Source: an uncultured virus (IMG/VR IMGVR_UViG_2061766007_004224)
Lineage: Duplodnaviria; Heunggongvirae; Uroviricota; Caudoviricetes
DNA: 64,000 bases
Reading direction: 5' to 3' (one strand)
IMG/VR virus record: IMGVR_UViG_2061766007_004224
The notes under the pieces are model-generated. The model was not told the origin of the DNA and searched no databases. It saw nothing but the letters and a program-made list of their open reading frames with translations. The position numbers were made by a program, and so were the translations under genes. Each line of letters begins with the position of its first letter. Within the stretch, counting starts at the first letter, position 1. Shown here one piece after another: positions 37,103-48,512 of this stretch.

Positions 37103-37467
37103 AACACGGTCGCATCGGCATAACCCGCCCCGAACAGTTCCCGAAGCTGTTCCACGTTTACAGCGTAGCCACGGACACGTCCGATGTCGGCAGAATCCGG
37201 CACGGCGACAGGGAGCTTTACACCTCCCTGCGGTGCATCCTGTCCATAGCGAAGCCTGAAGAAGCGGAACGCTTCAGTCAGATGGGTGTGACGGTCACAC
37301 ATACCATCTTCCAGCGCGGCGCACCCGCCGCAAAAGAGCATGACATCTTTGCTTTGGTGAAGAAAGGCGCGGAAACGCGCTTTTTTGAGGTTCAGGCCGT
37401 TCACGACAAAGGCGAGATGAACATAGATACCACCTATTACTGCAAAGAAAGGGGGGACAGGAAGTGA
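37096..37467 (+). CDS. Head closure protein
   Basis: Size and synteny; VTHTIFQRG. Confidence 0.65.
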   Translation: MLKHGRIGITRPEQFPKLFHVYSVATDTSDVGRIRHGDRELYTSLRCILSIAKPEEAERFSQMGVTVTHTIFQRGAPAAKEHDIFALVKKGAETRFFEVQAVHDKGEMNIDTTYYCKERGDRK

Positions 37468-37868
37468 AAGCCATTGGCATTGAAGCTCGCGTCAAGGAGA
37501 TCGAGAACAATATCAGGTCTCAGCTTCCGTCCCGCGCCTTCCGCGCAGCCAACGAGCTTCGCAACGCATCGCTGGAAGTCCTCGGCGGCTCCCGATCTGG
37601 CAGAACGTATCGCTCGCCTCTCGGCGGCAGCTATACGGCATCTGCTCCCGGTGAACCTCCGGCAGTAAGAACTGGCGCACTCCGCAGGCTATGGAAGCCT
37701 CTTGCGACAGGTGCGGGCGGTATCAATCCTGCCATCGAAACGGATGTCCCGTATGCGTGGCTGGATGAAGGCTCTCCGGGCGGGAAGATCAAACCGCGCC
37801 CCTATGTGAAGAAGATCGTGGAAACGGCGATGCCCGCCATTGATGCGATCTATTCCGAACCGTACTAA
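37464..37868 (+). CDS. HK97 gp10-like neck/tail completion protein
   Basis: ASAPGEPPAVRTGALR, YA.LDEG, IKPRPY. Confidence 0.8.
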   Translation: MKAIGIEARVKEIENNIRSQLPSRAFRAANELRNASLEVLGGSRSGRTYRSPLGGSYTASAPGEPPAVRTGALRRLWKPLATGAGGINPAIETDVPYAWLDEGSPGGKIKPRPYVKKIVETAMPAIDAIYSEPY

Positions 37869-37880
37869 GGGGGCTGCGTC

Positions 37881-38993
37881 ATGGAACTGTACAAGATGAT
37901 ATTCCAGCGGCTCGTCAATGACGATACGCTCGAAGAGCTGCTTGCCAGCTACAATGACCGCCCCGCAGTCTTTTACCAGCACCCGGCAACATCAGACGAC
38001 CCGGAATGGGGCAAAGTGCAGTACCCCCGCATCGACTACATCGTCGATATGCAGGAGAATCCGGCACGGAACACCAGCGGCGTTCTGATGGTCAACATCT
38101 GGTGTGATTCAGAGTACGGGACTGAGCCGGAGAGCATCGAAAAGGCCGTCCGCGACCTGCTCCATGCGACCTTCGCTCAGACGGACGATTACCCGTATTG
38201 CTTTGCGTGGGTACGGTCTGACACCTTCGACGGCTCAACCGACAAGGAGAAGGACATCCACACAATCGGCGTTACGGTCGTGTTCGACCTGATCGCCTGT
38301 CCCAGCCAGTACACCATTTACCCAGACCCGATCAAGGGGCTGAACGAATGGACACACAGCGTCCTCCCGGATGCTGTTGTGATCGGCAGGGATGAAATAG
38401 ACGGCTGGCTCGTTCCCACACGGGAGCGGCCAGTTATTTATTGGCGACTGACCGCCCAAGGAAAGGCGCAGCAGCATTTCGCGTGGACGTGGCTTGACAT
38501 CAGCGTCGAGTGTCATGTCTACTGCCGAAGCGCAGCGGACCGCCTGTATAACTTGGTGCAGTTGAACACGGCCCACGCCCTCACGGGCCATATCACCTTG
38601 GAGGACACGTCCCCGCTGTTCCTGAAGACGTTCAACCTCCAACCACACATGAATTACATCGCCACCGGGCAGATACGAGCGACTGGATATTTCGGCATCC
38701 TTCAGCCTGAAAGCCACCTCTCCAACAAAGGGACGGGCTACAAGCTGAACAATCCCATCTACTGGCGCGAGAAGATCACGTCGGATGAGGATGTGATCGC
38801 TGTGAACGGTTCAACCTCTCAGGCGCATCCGTTCACATATCCCGCTGCTTCCGAATCTGCCGAAGCAGGAACAATACCAGAAACAAGCACCTCTGGGGCG
38901 GCAGCGTCGTCCTCAGCAGGTGTTTCTTCGTCTATGCGCGGCTATGTCAAAACCTATGACGCAGCCAGCAAGAAGAAGTACACCAAATCGTGA
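37881..38993 (+). CDS. Putative tail terminator-like protein
   Basis: Position before sheath; YPRIDY motif; Ser/Ala-rich tail. Confidence 0.65.
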   Translation: MELYKMIFQRLVNDDTLEELLASYNDRPAVFYQHPATSDDPEWGKVQYPRIDYIVDMQENPARNTSGVLMVNIWCDSEYGTEPESIEKAVRDLLHATFAQTDDYPYCFAWVRSDTFDGSTDKEKDIHTIGVTVVFDLIACPSQYTIYPDPIKGLNEWTHSVLPDAVVIGRDEIDGWLVPTRERPVIYWRLTAQGKAQQHFAWTWLDISVECHVYCRSAADRLYNLVQLNTAHALTGHITLEDTSPLFLKTFNLQPHMNYIATGQIRATGYFGILQPESHLSNKGTGYKLNNPIYWREKITSDEDVIAVNGSTSQAHPFTYPAASESAEAGTIPETSTSGAAASSSAGVSSSMRGYVKTYDAASKKKYTKS

Positions 38994-39008
38994 AAGGAGC
39001 GATAAGCA

Positions 39009-39215
39009 ATGGCTGAAAAGAAACCTGAAGCCGTGGTCGAAAAGGCCCCGGTCGAGACGTTCGATGCCGAGGAAATCGCGCAGAACGCTGACCATCTGTT
39101 CGGCTACAGCCACGATCTGGCGGCCACCGCTCTGGAGCTGGCTGGCGTGAAGCGCTGCACTCTGGACGATGCGAAGCAGATCATCAAAGAGTTCGCGGAA
39201 AGGAAGGTACAGTAA
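39009..39215 (+). CDS. Small conserved protein preceding sheath
   Basis: SD AAGGAG; AKQIIKEFAERKV. Confidence 0.75.
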   Translation: MAEKKPEAVVEKAPVETFDAEEIAQNADHLFGYSHDLAATALELAGVKRCTLDDAKQIIKEFAERKVQ

Positions 39216-39216
39216 C

Positions 39217-40644
39217 ATGGCAGGAAGATTTACTGCTGGCGAGACCAAGACCCGTCCGGGCATTTACTTCCGTCAGGAAAACGGCGGCGGTCTCGACCTG
39301 ATCGGTGCGTCCAATGGCGTTGTCGCCGTCGCGTTTCAGGCGAACTGGGGTCCGCTTGGCGAGATCGTGACCATCGAAGACCCCTCTGAAATCCCCTACA
39401 TCTACGGCGACGATTCCGGCAGCAACAGCAACGTCGCCATCCTCACCAAGATTTTTCAGGGCGGCGCGTCTGTCATCAAGGCTGTTCGCGTTGGCACTGG
39501 CGGCACAAAAGCCAGCGTAACCCTGAAGGACACCGCGTCCACTCCCGCAAACGTCGTCACCCTGACGGCAAAATACGCCGGGACCCGCGCCCTGTCTGTG
39601 ACCATCAAGGACAGCCTGTCCGTCAATACCGAGCGCGAGTGCATCATCTACGCTGGCACCAAGGAACTGAGCAAAGTCACCTTCGAGAAGGGCAATGCCG
39701 GAGAAGTTGACGCTCTGGTTGCCGCCATCAATGCCAGCGAAGACTTCGTCTGCATCGCCACCAAGGTTGCCGCTGGCAACGGTGAGATGGCTGCCGTCAC
39801 TCAGACCGCCTTTACCACGGCGGGTGTGTCCCCGGTCATCGCATCCACGGACTACGATGCCGCGTTCGCGGTACTGGAAGCCGATGTGTGGAACACGATC
39901 TGCATTGACACCAACGACAATACCATCCACACCCTGCTGAAGACCTTCATCAACAGGGCCAATGATGCGGGTCTGATGGGCATTGCGGTCGTAGGCGAAC
40001 CCACCTCCGTCGCTTTCGCTACCCGCCAGAGCCGCGCCGCCAGCTACAATAGCGAGAACTTCGTCTATTGCCTGAACGGTTTCAAGATCGGCGATGTCGT
40101 GTATGAGGGCTTCGATGCTGCCGCTGTCATGGCGGGCTACATTGCGTACCTGCCCTGCAACGATTCCATCACCCACAAGATCATCGCGGGCGCGACTGAG
40201 ATTGTCGGCCCCCTGACCAACAGCCAGATCGTGAACTGCCTGAAGTCCGGCTGTCTGTTGTTCACCCCGTCGTCTTCCGGCGCTGTGTGGGTTGAGCAGG
40301 GCATCAACACCCTCGTCATCCTGTCCGGCACTCAGGACGCTGGCTGGAAGAAGATTCGCCGCACCAAGACGAGGTTCGAGCTGATCACCCGCATCAACCA
40401 GAACTCCGAGGGCATCATCGGCGCGGTGAATAACGATGCCAACGGTCGTGCCACCTTCATGGCGATTGCCAATGGTGTCATCAATCAGATGATTGCTGAG
40501 GGCAAGCTCCAGAGCGGTTCCTGCGTCGAAGACCCCGCCAACCTGCCGAAGGGCGATTCCGCGTGGTTCGTGCTCGACATCCTCGACCTCGACAGCATCG
40601 AGAAGGTGTACCTCGTGTACCGCTTCCACTTCTCCGATGACTAA
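39217..40644 (+). CDS. Tail sheath protein (XkdK-like)
   Basis: KTRPGIY, NWGP, TAKYAG, EQGINTL, WKKIRR. Confidence 0.93.
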   Translation: MAGRFTAGETKTRPGIYFRQENGGGLDLIGASNGVVAVAFQANWGPLGEIVTIEDPSEIPYIYGDDSGSNSNVAILTKIFQGGASVIKAVRVGTGGTKASVTLKDTASTPANVVTLTAKYAGTRALSVTIKDSLSVNTERECIIYAGTKELSKVTFEKGNAGEVDALVAAINASEDFVCIATKVAAGNGEMAAVTQTAFTTAGVSPVIASTDYDAAFAVLEADVWNTICIDTNDNTIHTLLKTFINRANDAGLMGIAVVGEPTSVAFATRQSRAASYNSENFVYCLNGFKIGDVVYEGFDAAAVMAGYIAYLPCNDSITHKIIAGATEIVGPLTNSQIVNCLKSGCLLFTPSSSGAVWVEQGINTLVILSGTQDAGWKKIRRTKTRFELITRINQNSEGIIGAVNNDANGRATFMAIANGVINQMIAEGKLQSGSCVEDPANLPKGDSAWFVLDILDLDSIEKVYLVYRFHFSDD

Positions 40645-40667
40645 TCCGAAGAAAGGAGATTAAAACC

Positions 40668-41132
40668 ATGGCTGTTTTGAATACCTACCCGGTCGTGGAC
40701 GTGCGCAAGGTGATGTCCGGCAAGGACGGCGCTCTCTACGACGAGGCGGGCGTGATGCTCATGTCCGCCGAACAGTTCCAGTCTCAGGTGACGATCAACA
40801 ACGCCACCTATCAGCCCCTGGGCGATGCTCAGGAACACGGGGCCATGACTGGCTTCCGCGTCACCCTGAACTTCAATGAGATCATCATTGAGGACAGCCG
40901 CTTCTTCCAAGAGCTGATGGAGGGTCTGCGCCAGCACAAGATGCCCGTCTGGACTTTCCGTGGCATGATGCGCTCCCCCTACAACGGCAACGAGGAACAG
41001 GTCATCTATCGTGATTGTGTGCCTGATGGCAACATCGACATTCAGAACATGCAGATCGGTGAACTGTACCGCCGTCCGTGGAGCTTCATCGTCAACAAGC
41101 CCCCGGAACTCCAGAGCCTCATCAAGGCGTAA
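40668..41132 (+). CDS. Tail tube protein (XkdM-like)
   Basis: MSGKDG N-terminus; follows sheath. Confidence 0.88.
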   Translation: MAVLNTYPVVDVRKVMSGKDGALYDEAGVMLMSAEQFQSQVTINNATYQPLGDAQEHGAMTGFRVTLNFNEIIIEDSRFFQELMEGLRQHKMPVWTFRGMMRSPYNGNEEQVIYRDCVPDGNIDIQNMQIGELYRRPWSFIVNKPPELQSLIKA

Positions 41133-41173
41133 ACGGCACGTCTGACGGCCTGACGGATAACCCTTATAAACTC

Positions 41174-41204
41174 CCACAGGAGGGCAGTCAAGGCCCTCCT
41201 GTGG
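41174..41204 (+). terminator. Hairpin after tube gene (terminator or stabiliser)
   Basis: CCACAGGAGGGC / GCCCTCCTGTGG, 12-bp stem. Confidence 0.65.
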
Positions 41205-41242
41205 CGTTTAATTTCGTTTAACGCATAATCAAAAAGGAGGAC

Positions 41243-41767
41243 ATGAAAATGGCTAAGGTCAACGACGAAATCATCAACACCGAGGAAGCCCCCGTGACCA
41301 CCGAGGAGCTTCAGAACGAAGTGGCGATCAATGAAGCGGAGCTGCTGCGGGCGCTGACCCGCAAAGACCATAACGAGGACACCACCACGATTGAGGTCAA
41401 ATTCCGTGGCGTGGTATTCCGTTTCCGCATCCGCGCCCTGTCCGAGCGCGAGTACGATGACTGCCGCGAAAAATGCACCAAGTACAGCAAGAACCGCAGG
41501 CTGGGCAATATGCGGCTGCCGGAGAAGACCGACACCGTGCGTTACCACACCCTGCTCATCTATACCGCCACTGTGGACGAAGATCGGGCCAAGTTGTGGG
41601 ACAACAAGACCCTGTGGGATGCCGTGAACGCCGTCACTGGTACGGACATGGTTGACCGCCTGATTCCCACCGCAGGCAAGAAGCAGTCCATTGTGGAACA
41701 GATCGAAAAGCTGTCCGGCTTCGATGACGAAGACGAGGCGGCCTTCGAGGAGACCGTAAAAAACTGA
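41243..41767 (+). CDS. Tail assembly chaperone (XkdN-like)
   Basis: FRIRALSE, LSGF; between tube and tape measure. Confidence 0.85.
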   Translation: MKMAKVNDEIINTEEAPVTTEELQNEVAINEAELLRALTRKDHNEDTTTIEVKFRGVVFRFRIRALSEREYDDCREKCTKYSKNRRLGNMRLPEKTDTVRYHTLLIYTATVDEDRAKLWDNKTLWDAVNAVTGTDMVDRLIPTAGKKQSIVEQIEKLSGFDDEDEAAFEETVKN

Positions 41768-41979
41768 TAGTTGCTGGGCCAACATCGCGGCTTCTGCATC
41801 ACATCTTCCAGCGTACAGGAGTTATGCCGGACGAAGTGATGCGGAAGCCTCGTTTTGCACGTATGTTCATGCTTAAGTCGATGGAGGTCCAGCTTGAAGC
41901 TGAAGCAGAACAGGCGGCGCAAGCAAGAGCGGCCCGGCAGCAGGCAGCCGCACAAGCCCAATCCCGAAGGAGGCGATAG
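41758..41979 (+). CDS. -1 frameshift extension of tail assembly chaperone
   Basis: A AAA AAC slippery heptamer 41758-41764; -1 frame open to TAG 41977-41979. Confidence 0.8.
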   Translation, partial: KKLIVAGPTSRLLHHIFQRTGVMPDEVMRKPRFARMFMLKSMEVQLEAEAEQAAQARAARQQAAAQAQSRRRR

Positions 41980-41982
41980 CCC

Positions 41983-44900
41983 GTGGACCAAGTGTACCGC
42001 ATTGAAATTCCGATTGAAGCGATAAACGAAACGGACGCTTCTGCCCTCCGTTCGCTGGAAACGGCTTTGCAGCGCATCTTCACTCAGGCCAACAAGAGCA
42101 AATCTGCCGCGCAGGACGCAATGGACAGCATCAGCAGCAGCGCGTCCGGCGCGGCTTCTTCTATGAAGACCCTTGACGGAACACTGGACAAAACCGCTCA
42201 GGGCTTCGAGAAAACCGCTGATTCCGCAGAGGATGTCGGCACGGCAGGCGAGNNNNNNNNNNNNNNNNNNNNNNNNNNNNNNNNNNNNNNNNNNNNNNNN
42301 NNNNNNNNNNTAAGGACACCGGGAAGGCCGCGAAAGAAGCCGGACAGGGCGCATCCTCCGCTTTCAATCAGGCAGGCCAGCAGGTGGACAAGTTCACCCA
42401 GCGCACCGAGAAGAGCCAGCAGTCGCTCAGGAAGATGTTTGCCCAGAAGCTCCAGCTCACGCTGGCAGCCATCGACAAGGTGTCTCCCATCCTGAAAAGC
42501 GTCGGTTCTTCCCTCAAAAACCTGACCGCGAAGGCATGGCACGTCGCCGTCAGAATGACCGACCTTGTGACCGCGCCATTCCGAAAGCTCGTGCAGATGA
42601 TAACCAGCCCCATTGCCATGACCCTATCGCTGGCAGGTGTGGGGCTTGGCGCGAGTTCCTTCCTTACCACCTTCACAGATTTTTCGGCGGGCATGAGCAA
42701 CGTGAAGGCCCTCTCTCGTGCGACCGATGAGGAATTTGAGCGTCTGACCGAGACCGCTGAAAACCTCGGCGCGACTACGAAATTTACGGCGGCTGAAGCC
42801 TCCGAGGGTATGCAGTACCTCGCCATGGCTGGCTGGGACACCAACCAGATCATTGAGGCCATGCCCGGTCTGCTGGACCTCGCTGCGGCAGGCGCAACCG
42901 ATCTCGGCACCGCTGCCGACATCGTGTCTGACGTGATGACCGCCATGGGCATGAGCGCAGATCAGGCCAGCACCGCCGCTGACATATTCGCCCGCACCGC
43001 CACCATGACCAACACGACCATCAGCATGATGGGCGAATCACTGAAATACGCAGCGCCTATCGCTCATTCCTTCGGCCTGTCCTTGTCCGAAGTGTCAACG
43101 ATGGTCGGCATGATGGGCAATGCGGGCATCAAAGCGTCTCAGGCTGGTACTGCCATCCGTAGCTCCCTGCTCAGTATGGCCTCTCCGTCCAAGGAAGCGG
43201 CTGACCTGATGAAGCAGTTGGGGCTGTCCTTCAGCAACGCGGACGGCAGCATGAAGAACATGGGCCAGATCATCGGCAATCTTCAGGAGGCTTTCGCTGG
43301 CCTGACCGCAGAGCAGCGCCTGAATTACGCCGAGACCCTGTTCGGTACGATGGCTTCCTCTGCATGGCTCGGCATGATCGACCAGGGCGCGGACGAGTAC
43401 AACCGTCTGTATCAGTCCATCGACAACAGCACTGGCGCGGCGAAGGAAATGTCTGAAATCCAGCTTGACAACCTTCAGGGCGACATGACCCGTCTGCAAA
43501 GCGCAGTTGACGGCATGAAGATTTCCCTGATGAAAGAACTGGACCCGTACCTGCGTAAAGGCGTTCAGTGGCTCACGGGCAAAATCCCCATGCTGACCGA
43601 GAAGATCGGTGAGTTCGTCACCAAGGGCATTGAAAAGGCCAAGGAGTTGAAAAACTTCCTTCAAGGTGTATTCACGTCCGCAGACTTCCAGAACGCGGAC
43701 GGATTCATCGACAAGTTCTTCGTGGCGTGGGACAAGATCATCGCCGAACCGTTCCAGAAGTGGTGGGACGGCGGCGGTAAAGACACCATCCTCGGCGCAG
43801 TCAGCAAGATCGGCAAGAATCTTGGCGACCTCTGGCATGGTATCATCAAAGGCATTTTTGCCGCCCTGAAAGGCGAAGACATCGACTTCGGAGGCATGAA
43901 CCTGTCCGGGCTTGCCCAAGCTGGAGCTGAGGCAGCGAAAACCTTTATTACATCCTTCAAGGAAGCCTTCAATCTGGGCGACCTCTGGGACAGCGCCCCC
44001 GGCCTGCTGAAAGCCGGGCTTTTTGGCTTTGGCGCTTTGAAGCTCGGTGGCGGCGCTCTCGGCATTGCAAAGACTATCGGCCAGATCAAAACCGCGTTTG
44101 TCGGCGTAAAAGTGGCAGCGGGAGCAGCGACCACCGCGACGACTGCGTTTGGCGCTTCTGCCGCTGCTGGGGTTGCCGGGACAAGCAAACTGGCCGCAGG
44201 GCTTGGTCTTGTAAAGACCGGGCTGGCTGCGATTCCTGTATGGGGCTGGGTGGCTACTGCTGCTCTCGCCGCAGTTGTGGCAGGCGTGGCGCTCTACAAC
44301 AAAGCGCAGGAAGACGAGCGCCAGCGCATCCTGCATCTGGGAGATTCTGTCGTTGCCGCTGTTGATAAATGCAAAGAAAGTGCTGCACAGGTCAATGAAG
44401 CGATGGACGTGATCGGCCAGATCAAAGAAATCGAGTTGAAGGTTACTGAGAACAAAGGTGGCAACGCTCAGGTCATCAAGGAATTTCAGGACGAACTGAG
44501 CAAGATCGAGTATGACGCTATCGTCCTCTACGCGAAGATGGCAGACAAGGCCATCTCTGACGAAGACAAGGCGAAGTTGCAAGAGGAGCTGAATCGGCTC
44601 GAATCCGAAAAGCAGGCGTTGATTCATACCAAACTCGCAGGAATCAGCCGCATCGACAGGGCCTTGCTCAATCTCAAGATTGCCACGCTTGCGCTGAATG
44701 ACGCTCAGATATATTCGTCCCTGAATGAGCCTACAGAGGCAGATATAACCGCGATGAACGAGAAAATCGCAGAAATCCAACTGCAAAAGGCGCAGGTCTA
44801 CGCACAGTTGTCCGATACAGTGGACCCAGAAGAAGTCGCGGCACTGAATGCGACCATCACCGCGCTTACGCTGGCAGAGTTGACCCTGAAAGCGAAGCTC

Positions 44901-47765
44901 GGAACCATGAGTGCCGAAGACACCGCGACGGCGAACAGTTACATTGCAAGCCTCGGAACCACGCTCGACACGATCAAGCTCAAAGCTGCCATGGGTACGC
45001 TCACGGAAGAAGACATCGCTGCAGTGAATGAGATGATCGCTGGTCTGGAGTTCCAGAAGGCCACCATCCAGACGATTCTGGATGCTGGCAATGGCACGCT
45101 CACCAAGGAAGAGGAAACCAGCCTGAAAACGCTGATTGATGCTGTCGAGGCGCATAAGGCAGAGATCGAAGCGAAGCTGAAGAACGACGGCACACTCACG
45201 GACACGGAAAAGGCCGCGCTACAAGGCGAGATCGACAACCTGAACGCGAAGAAGGTTCTGATCGAATCTCTGCTTGCCAACAGTGGCAGCCTCGACGCGA
45301 CGACGAAAGCCGCGCTCGTTGCAGAGCTGGCAGAACTGAACAAGGAACAGATTTCAATTTCCGCTGCTGTCGGAGGTACTGTTGACGATACCGTTCTCAA
45401 AGATTGGCTTGCTCAGAACGACAAAAAGGAAGTAACCCTCAAAGCGACACTGGACGCGAGCGGGTATAACTATCTTCAGGTTGCCCTTATTTCGTCTCAG
45501 GTAAATTCCATCGACGAAGCGAAGAAGGAGTTTGCTCTCGTTCTTACCGACAACTCTACTCTTACGCCCGATCAGATAGCAGGATATACGGATAAGCTGT
45601 CAGCTCTTGCCACTAAGCAGTATACATACGATCTGATGATACAAGGCGCTGGTATGAGCAAGGATGACATTATCAACCTGAAGACCGAACTCGATAAAAT
45701 CAAAACGAAAACCGCAACTCTTACGCTGTCTCTGAACGACCAAAACCTCACTGCCGATCAGAGACAGTCGATCATCGACGAGATAAACGGTCTGAAAAAC
45801 ACGGCGGCAGATATTGAACTTGTCCTGAAAGGAGCTGAATCTGCCGGAAACACGAAAGAGATCAATACAATGAAGGCTGAACTGGGCAAAATTCGAGGCG
45901 AAGAAGCTGCAATTCTCCTGAGCCTCGGGCTGGACCCGAACAGCGAAATCTCGCAGGCTGATCTGGACAAAATGATCGGACTTATAAACGGTGTCGGAAC
46001 CATGAACGCCCGCCTGAATATCACACTGGCAGATGGCAGCCTGTCTCCTGAAGAACTGGAAAACGCAGCCAGCGCCCTTGACACGATGTACCAGCGACTT
46101 GCCGATATGAGCGGAGGTGCATTTACCGCTGAAGATCTGAAAAGCGGAGCTGCTACCGCCGAGCAGGTGCAACAGTATTTGCAGACGAGAGCAGACAAGG
46201 ACATCTACAGCCTGCAAGCTGAAGTTGAGCAGGCGAGGTCAAAGGTCGATGCTGGCGTTCAGGCGAGAGAGCGGTATAAGGCGAATGCTGAGGCAGCAGC
46301 CGCAGAAGAGGCTGGATATAATCAGCAAATTACACAGTTGAAGCTGCTTGAAGGCGAACGCCAGACGCTTAACGCTCAGAGAGATGTTATGGAAGGAAGG
46401 CTCGCCAGGAAAGAGATAAGCGCCGATGATTATATTGCGTGGGAAGAAGGAACCTACAGACCCGGAATCTGGGGGATGCAGGATAGGTACAAAGAAATCA
46501 CAGGGAATGCCCACGCTCCGACTTATGGTTTTCTGGAAACGGCAGCAGAAAACGGCTTTGACACATCCACGCTTGAAATGTATTCCCAAATGGCGCGGGA
46601 AGAAAAAGAAAGGTATCTCGGTGACTACAACACGCAAAACGCATCCCTTCAAAAGCTCTATGCAGGGGAAAAAGACCTCATGGAGCGCCAAACCTTCAAC
46701 GGAACAAGCGTTTCCGGGTATTCTCTCGAAGAACTGGCTGAACAGTACCACATGATTGACGAAGCAGGGCAGGAGGCTTTTGCGAGCGCCATAGCTGGCC
46801 TTGTCGAGCTGAATGACGCTGCCACATACTTGTCCGACAACGATAAGGTTGACATCGGCAGCATTCTCGGCACGGCAGAAATGAGCGTCACAGCTGATGC
46901 TAACCTGCAAGTGCTTGGCGATATGAACAAAGTGTTCAGCGATCTAAGCGAGCAGTATCAAGGTCTCCAGCAAACGATGGCTTCTACAAACGACGAAAAC
47001 TACATCGCAAATCTTCAGGCGCAGATGGACAGTCTGGATGATGCAAACCTGAAGGCGGTCAACGCGGCGCTCGAAGCCCTCGGCCTCGACAAGATCGACA
47101 GCATCGGCGACCTCAGCGCAAAACTCCAAGAGATCGCAGCCATTGACCCGTCCGGCCTTGACTTCACCGCTGCGGCAGCGTCACTCGAAGCACTCGGCGG
47201 CGATGCAACCTCAGCAAAGGAAAAGGTCGCGGCAGCCAAGGCGCAGATCGAAGCCATTGCAAAGACGTGGAATATAACCATCAAATACAACGTGGTCGGC
47301 AGCATCCCGGACGCTCCAAAGACAAACGCCATGGGCGGCATCTACGACGGCGCTTTCCTGAGCTGGGTAGCTGAGGATGGCCCGGAGGCCATTATCCCGC
47401 TCGGAAACGATAAGCGCGGGCGTGGCCTCGACCTCTGGATGCAGGCTGGACGGATGCTCGGCGTGAACGAGTTCGCGGACGGCGGCATCATGGCTCCGTA
47501 TGCCGGAGCCATTGCCGATCTGCCGGACTTCGTTCTGGAGGATGAAGACGCGCCTGCCCCGATTGCCGTACCGACTGGAAGCAGCGGCGGCAAAGGCCAG
47601 CAGACCATCGAAGTGTCCATCGACAGCAGCCCGACATTCGAGATCAAGGGCGGCAGCCCTGACGACATCATGGCGGCGCTGAAAACCCACATGAAAGAGC
47701 TTGCTGAACTGCTGGGAACCGAGTTCGCCGAGCAGATCAGCGACATCGTACTTAACATAGCATAA
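41983..47765 (+). CDS. Tape measure protein (split by N gap)
   Basis: TP901-type core (TKFTAAEAS...LAMAGW...PGLLDLAAA); C-terminal AMGG...AEDGPEAIIPL. Confidence 0.93.
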
Positions 47766-47777
47766 GGAGGGAGCGGC

Positions 47778-48497
47778 ATGGATATTTACCTCACAGCGAA
47801 CGGCGAACGGTTGAGAATCCCGCTGCTCCCGGACCGCCTCAGCGTGAAGATGGGAACCGTGTCCATCGGCTTCCAAGTCATCAAAAAAGGCGAATACAAG
47901 ATACCCCGTGGGACCTCTCTCACGGGGTATTCTTGGAATGGTGTTTTCCCCGGCAAAGCGATGGCAGAAGCATCGTTCGTGCATGACTGGCAGGCACCGA
48001 CCCGAATCATTTCCACCTTCAGCAGATGGATGGAACAGAACCTAACCGTCCATATCATGGTCACGGAAACCACGATCAACGATGATGTGTTCATCGAAAA
48101 CTTCGTCTTCGATCACTTCGGCGTGGACAATGTTTCCTACACCCTGACCCTGACCAAGTATAGGCCGCTGTACGTCACTACAGCCCCGCCTCAGCCTGAG
48201 GTTATCATTCCTACACAGGAGGAGGAAAAAGTGGAAACCAAGACCGATACGAAGACGAAAAGCACACAATCGACCAACAAGAACGACCAAAGCACCAAAA
48301 AAGACCAGAAGACCAATACGGATAACAACACAAAGACAAAGAAGCTGTCGGCGACGATTCCGACAAATAAACTTGCTTTGCCCGCTGCAAAGACCGCAAC
48401 AAAGAAGCCTGCCGTAGTCGTCGATACAGGCAATACCTCAGGGCTTGCTCGCGGCAACGCCCTGAAGCGCGACATGGTAATGGTCGCTCTCAAATAA
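47778..48497 (+). CDS. XkdP-like baseplate/tail-initiator protein
   Basis: IPLLP, GVFP, YTLTLTKYR; T/K-rich C-terminus. Confidence 0.75.
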   Translation: MDIYLTANGERLRIPLLPDRLSVKMGTVSIGFQVIKKGEYKIPRGTSLTGYSWNGVFPGKAMAEASFVHDWQAPTRIISTFSRWMEQNLTVHIMVTETTINDDVFIENFVFDHFGVDNVSYTLTLTKYRPLYVTTAPPQPEVIIPTQEEEKVETKTDTKTKSTQSTNKNDQSTKKDQKTNTDNNTKTKKLSATIPTNKLALPAAKTATKKPAVVVDTGNTSGLARGNALKRDMVMVALK

Positions 48498-48512
48498 CCG
48501 AGGAGGAGCAGT

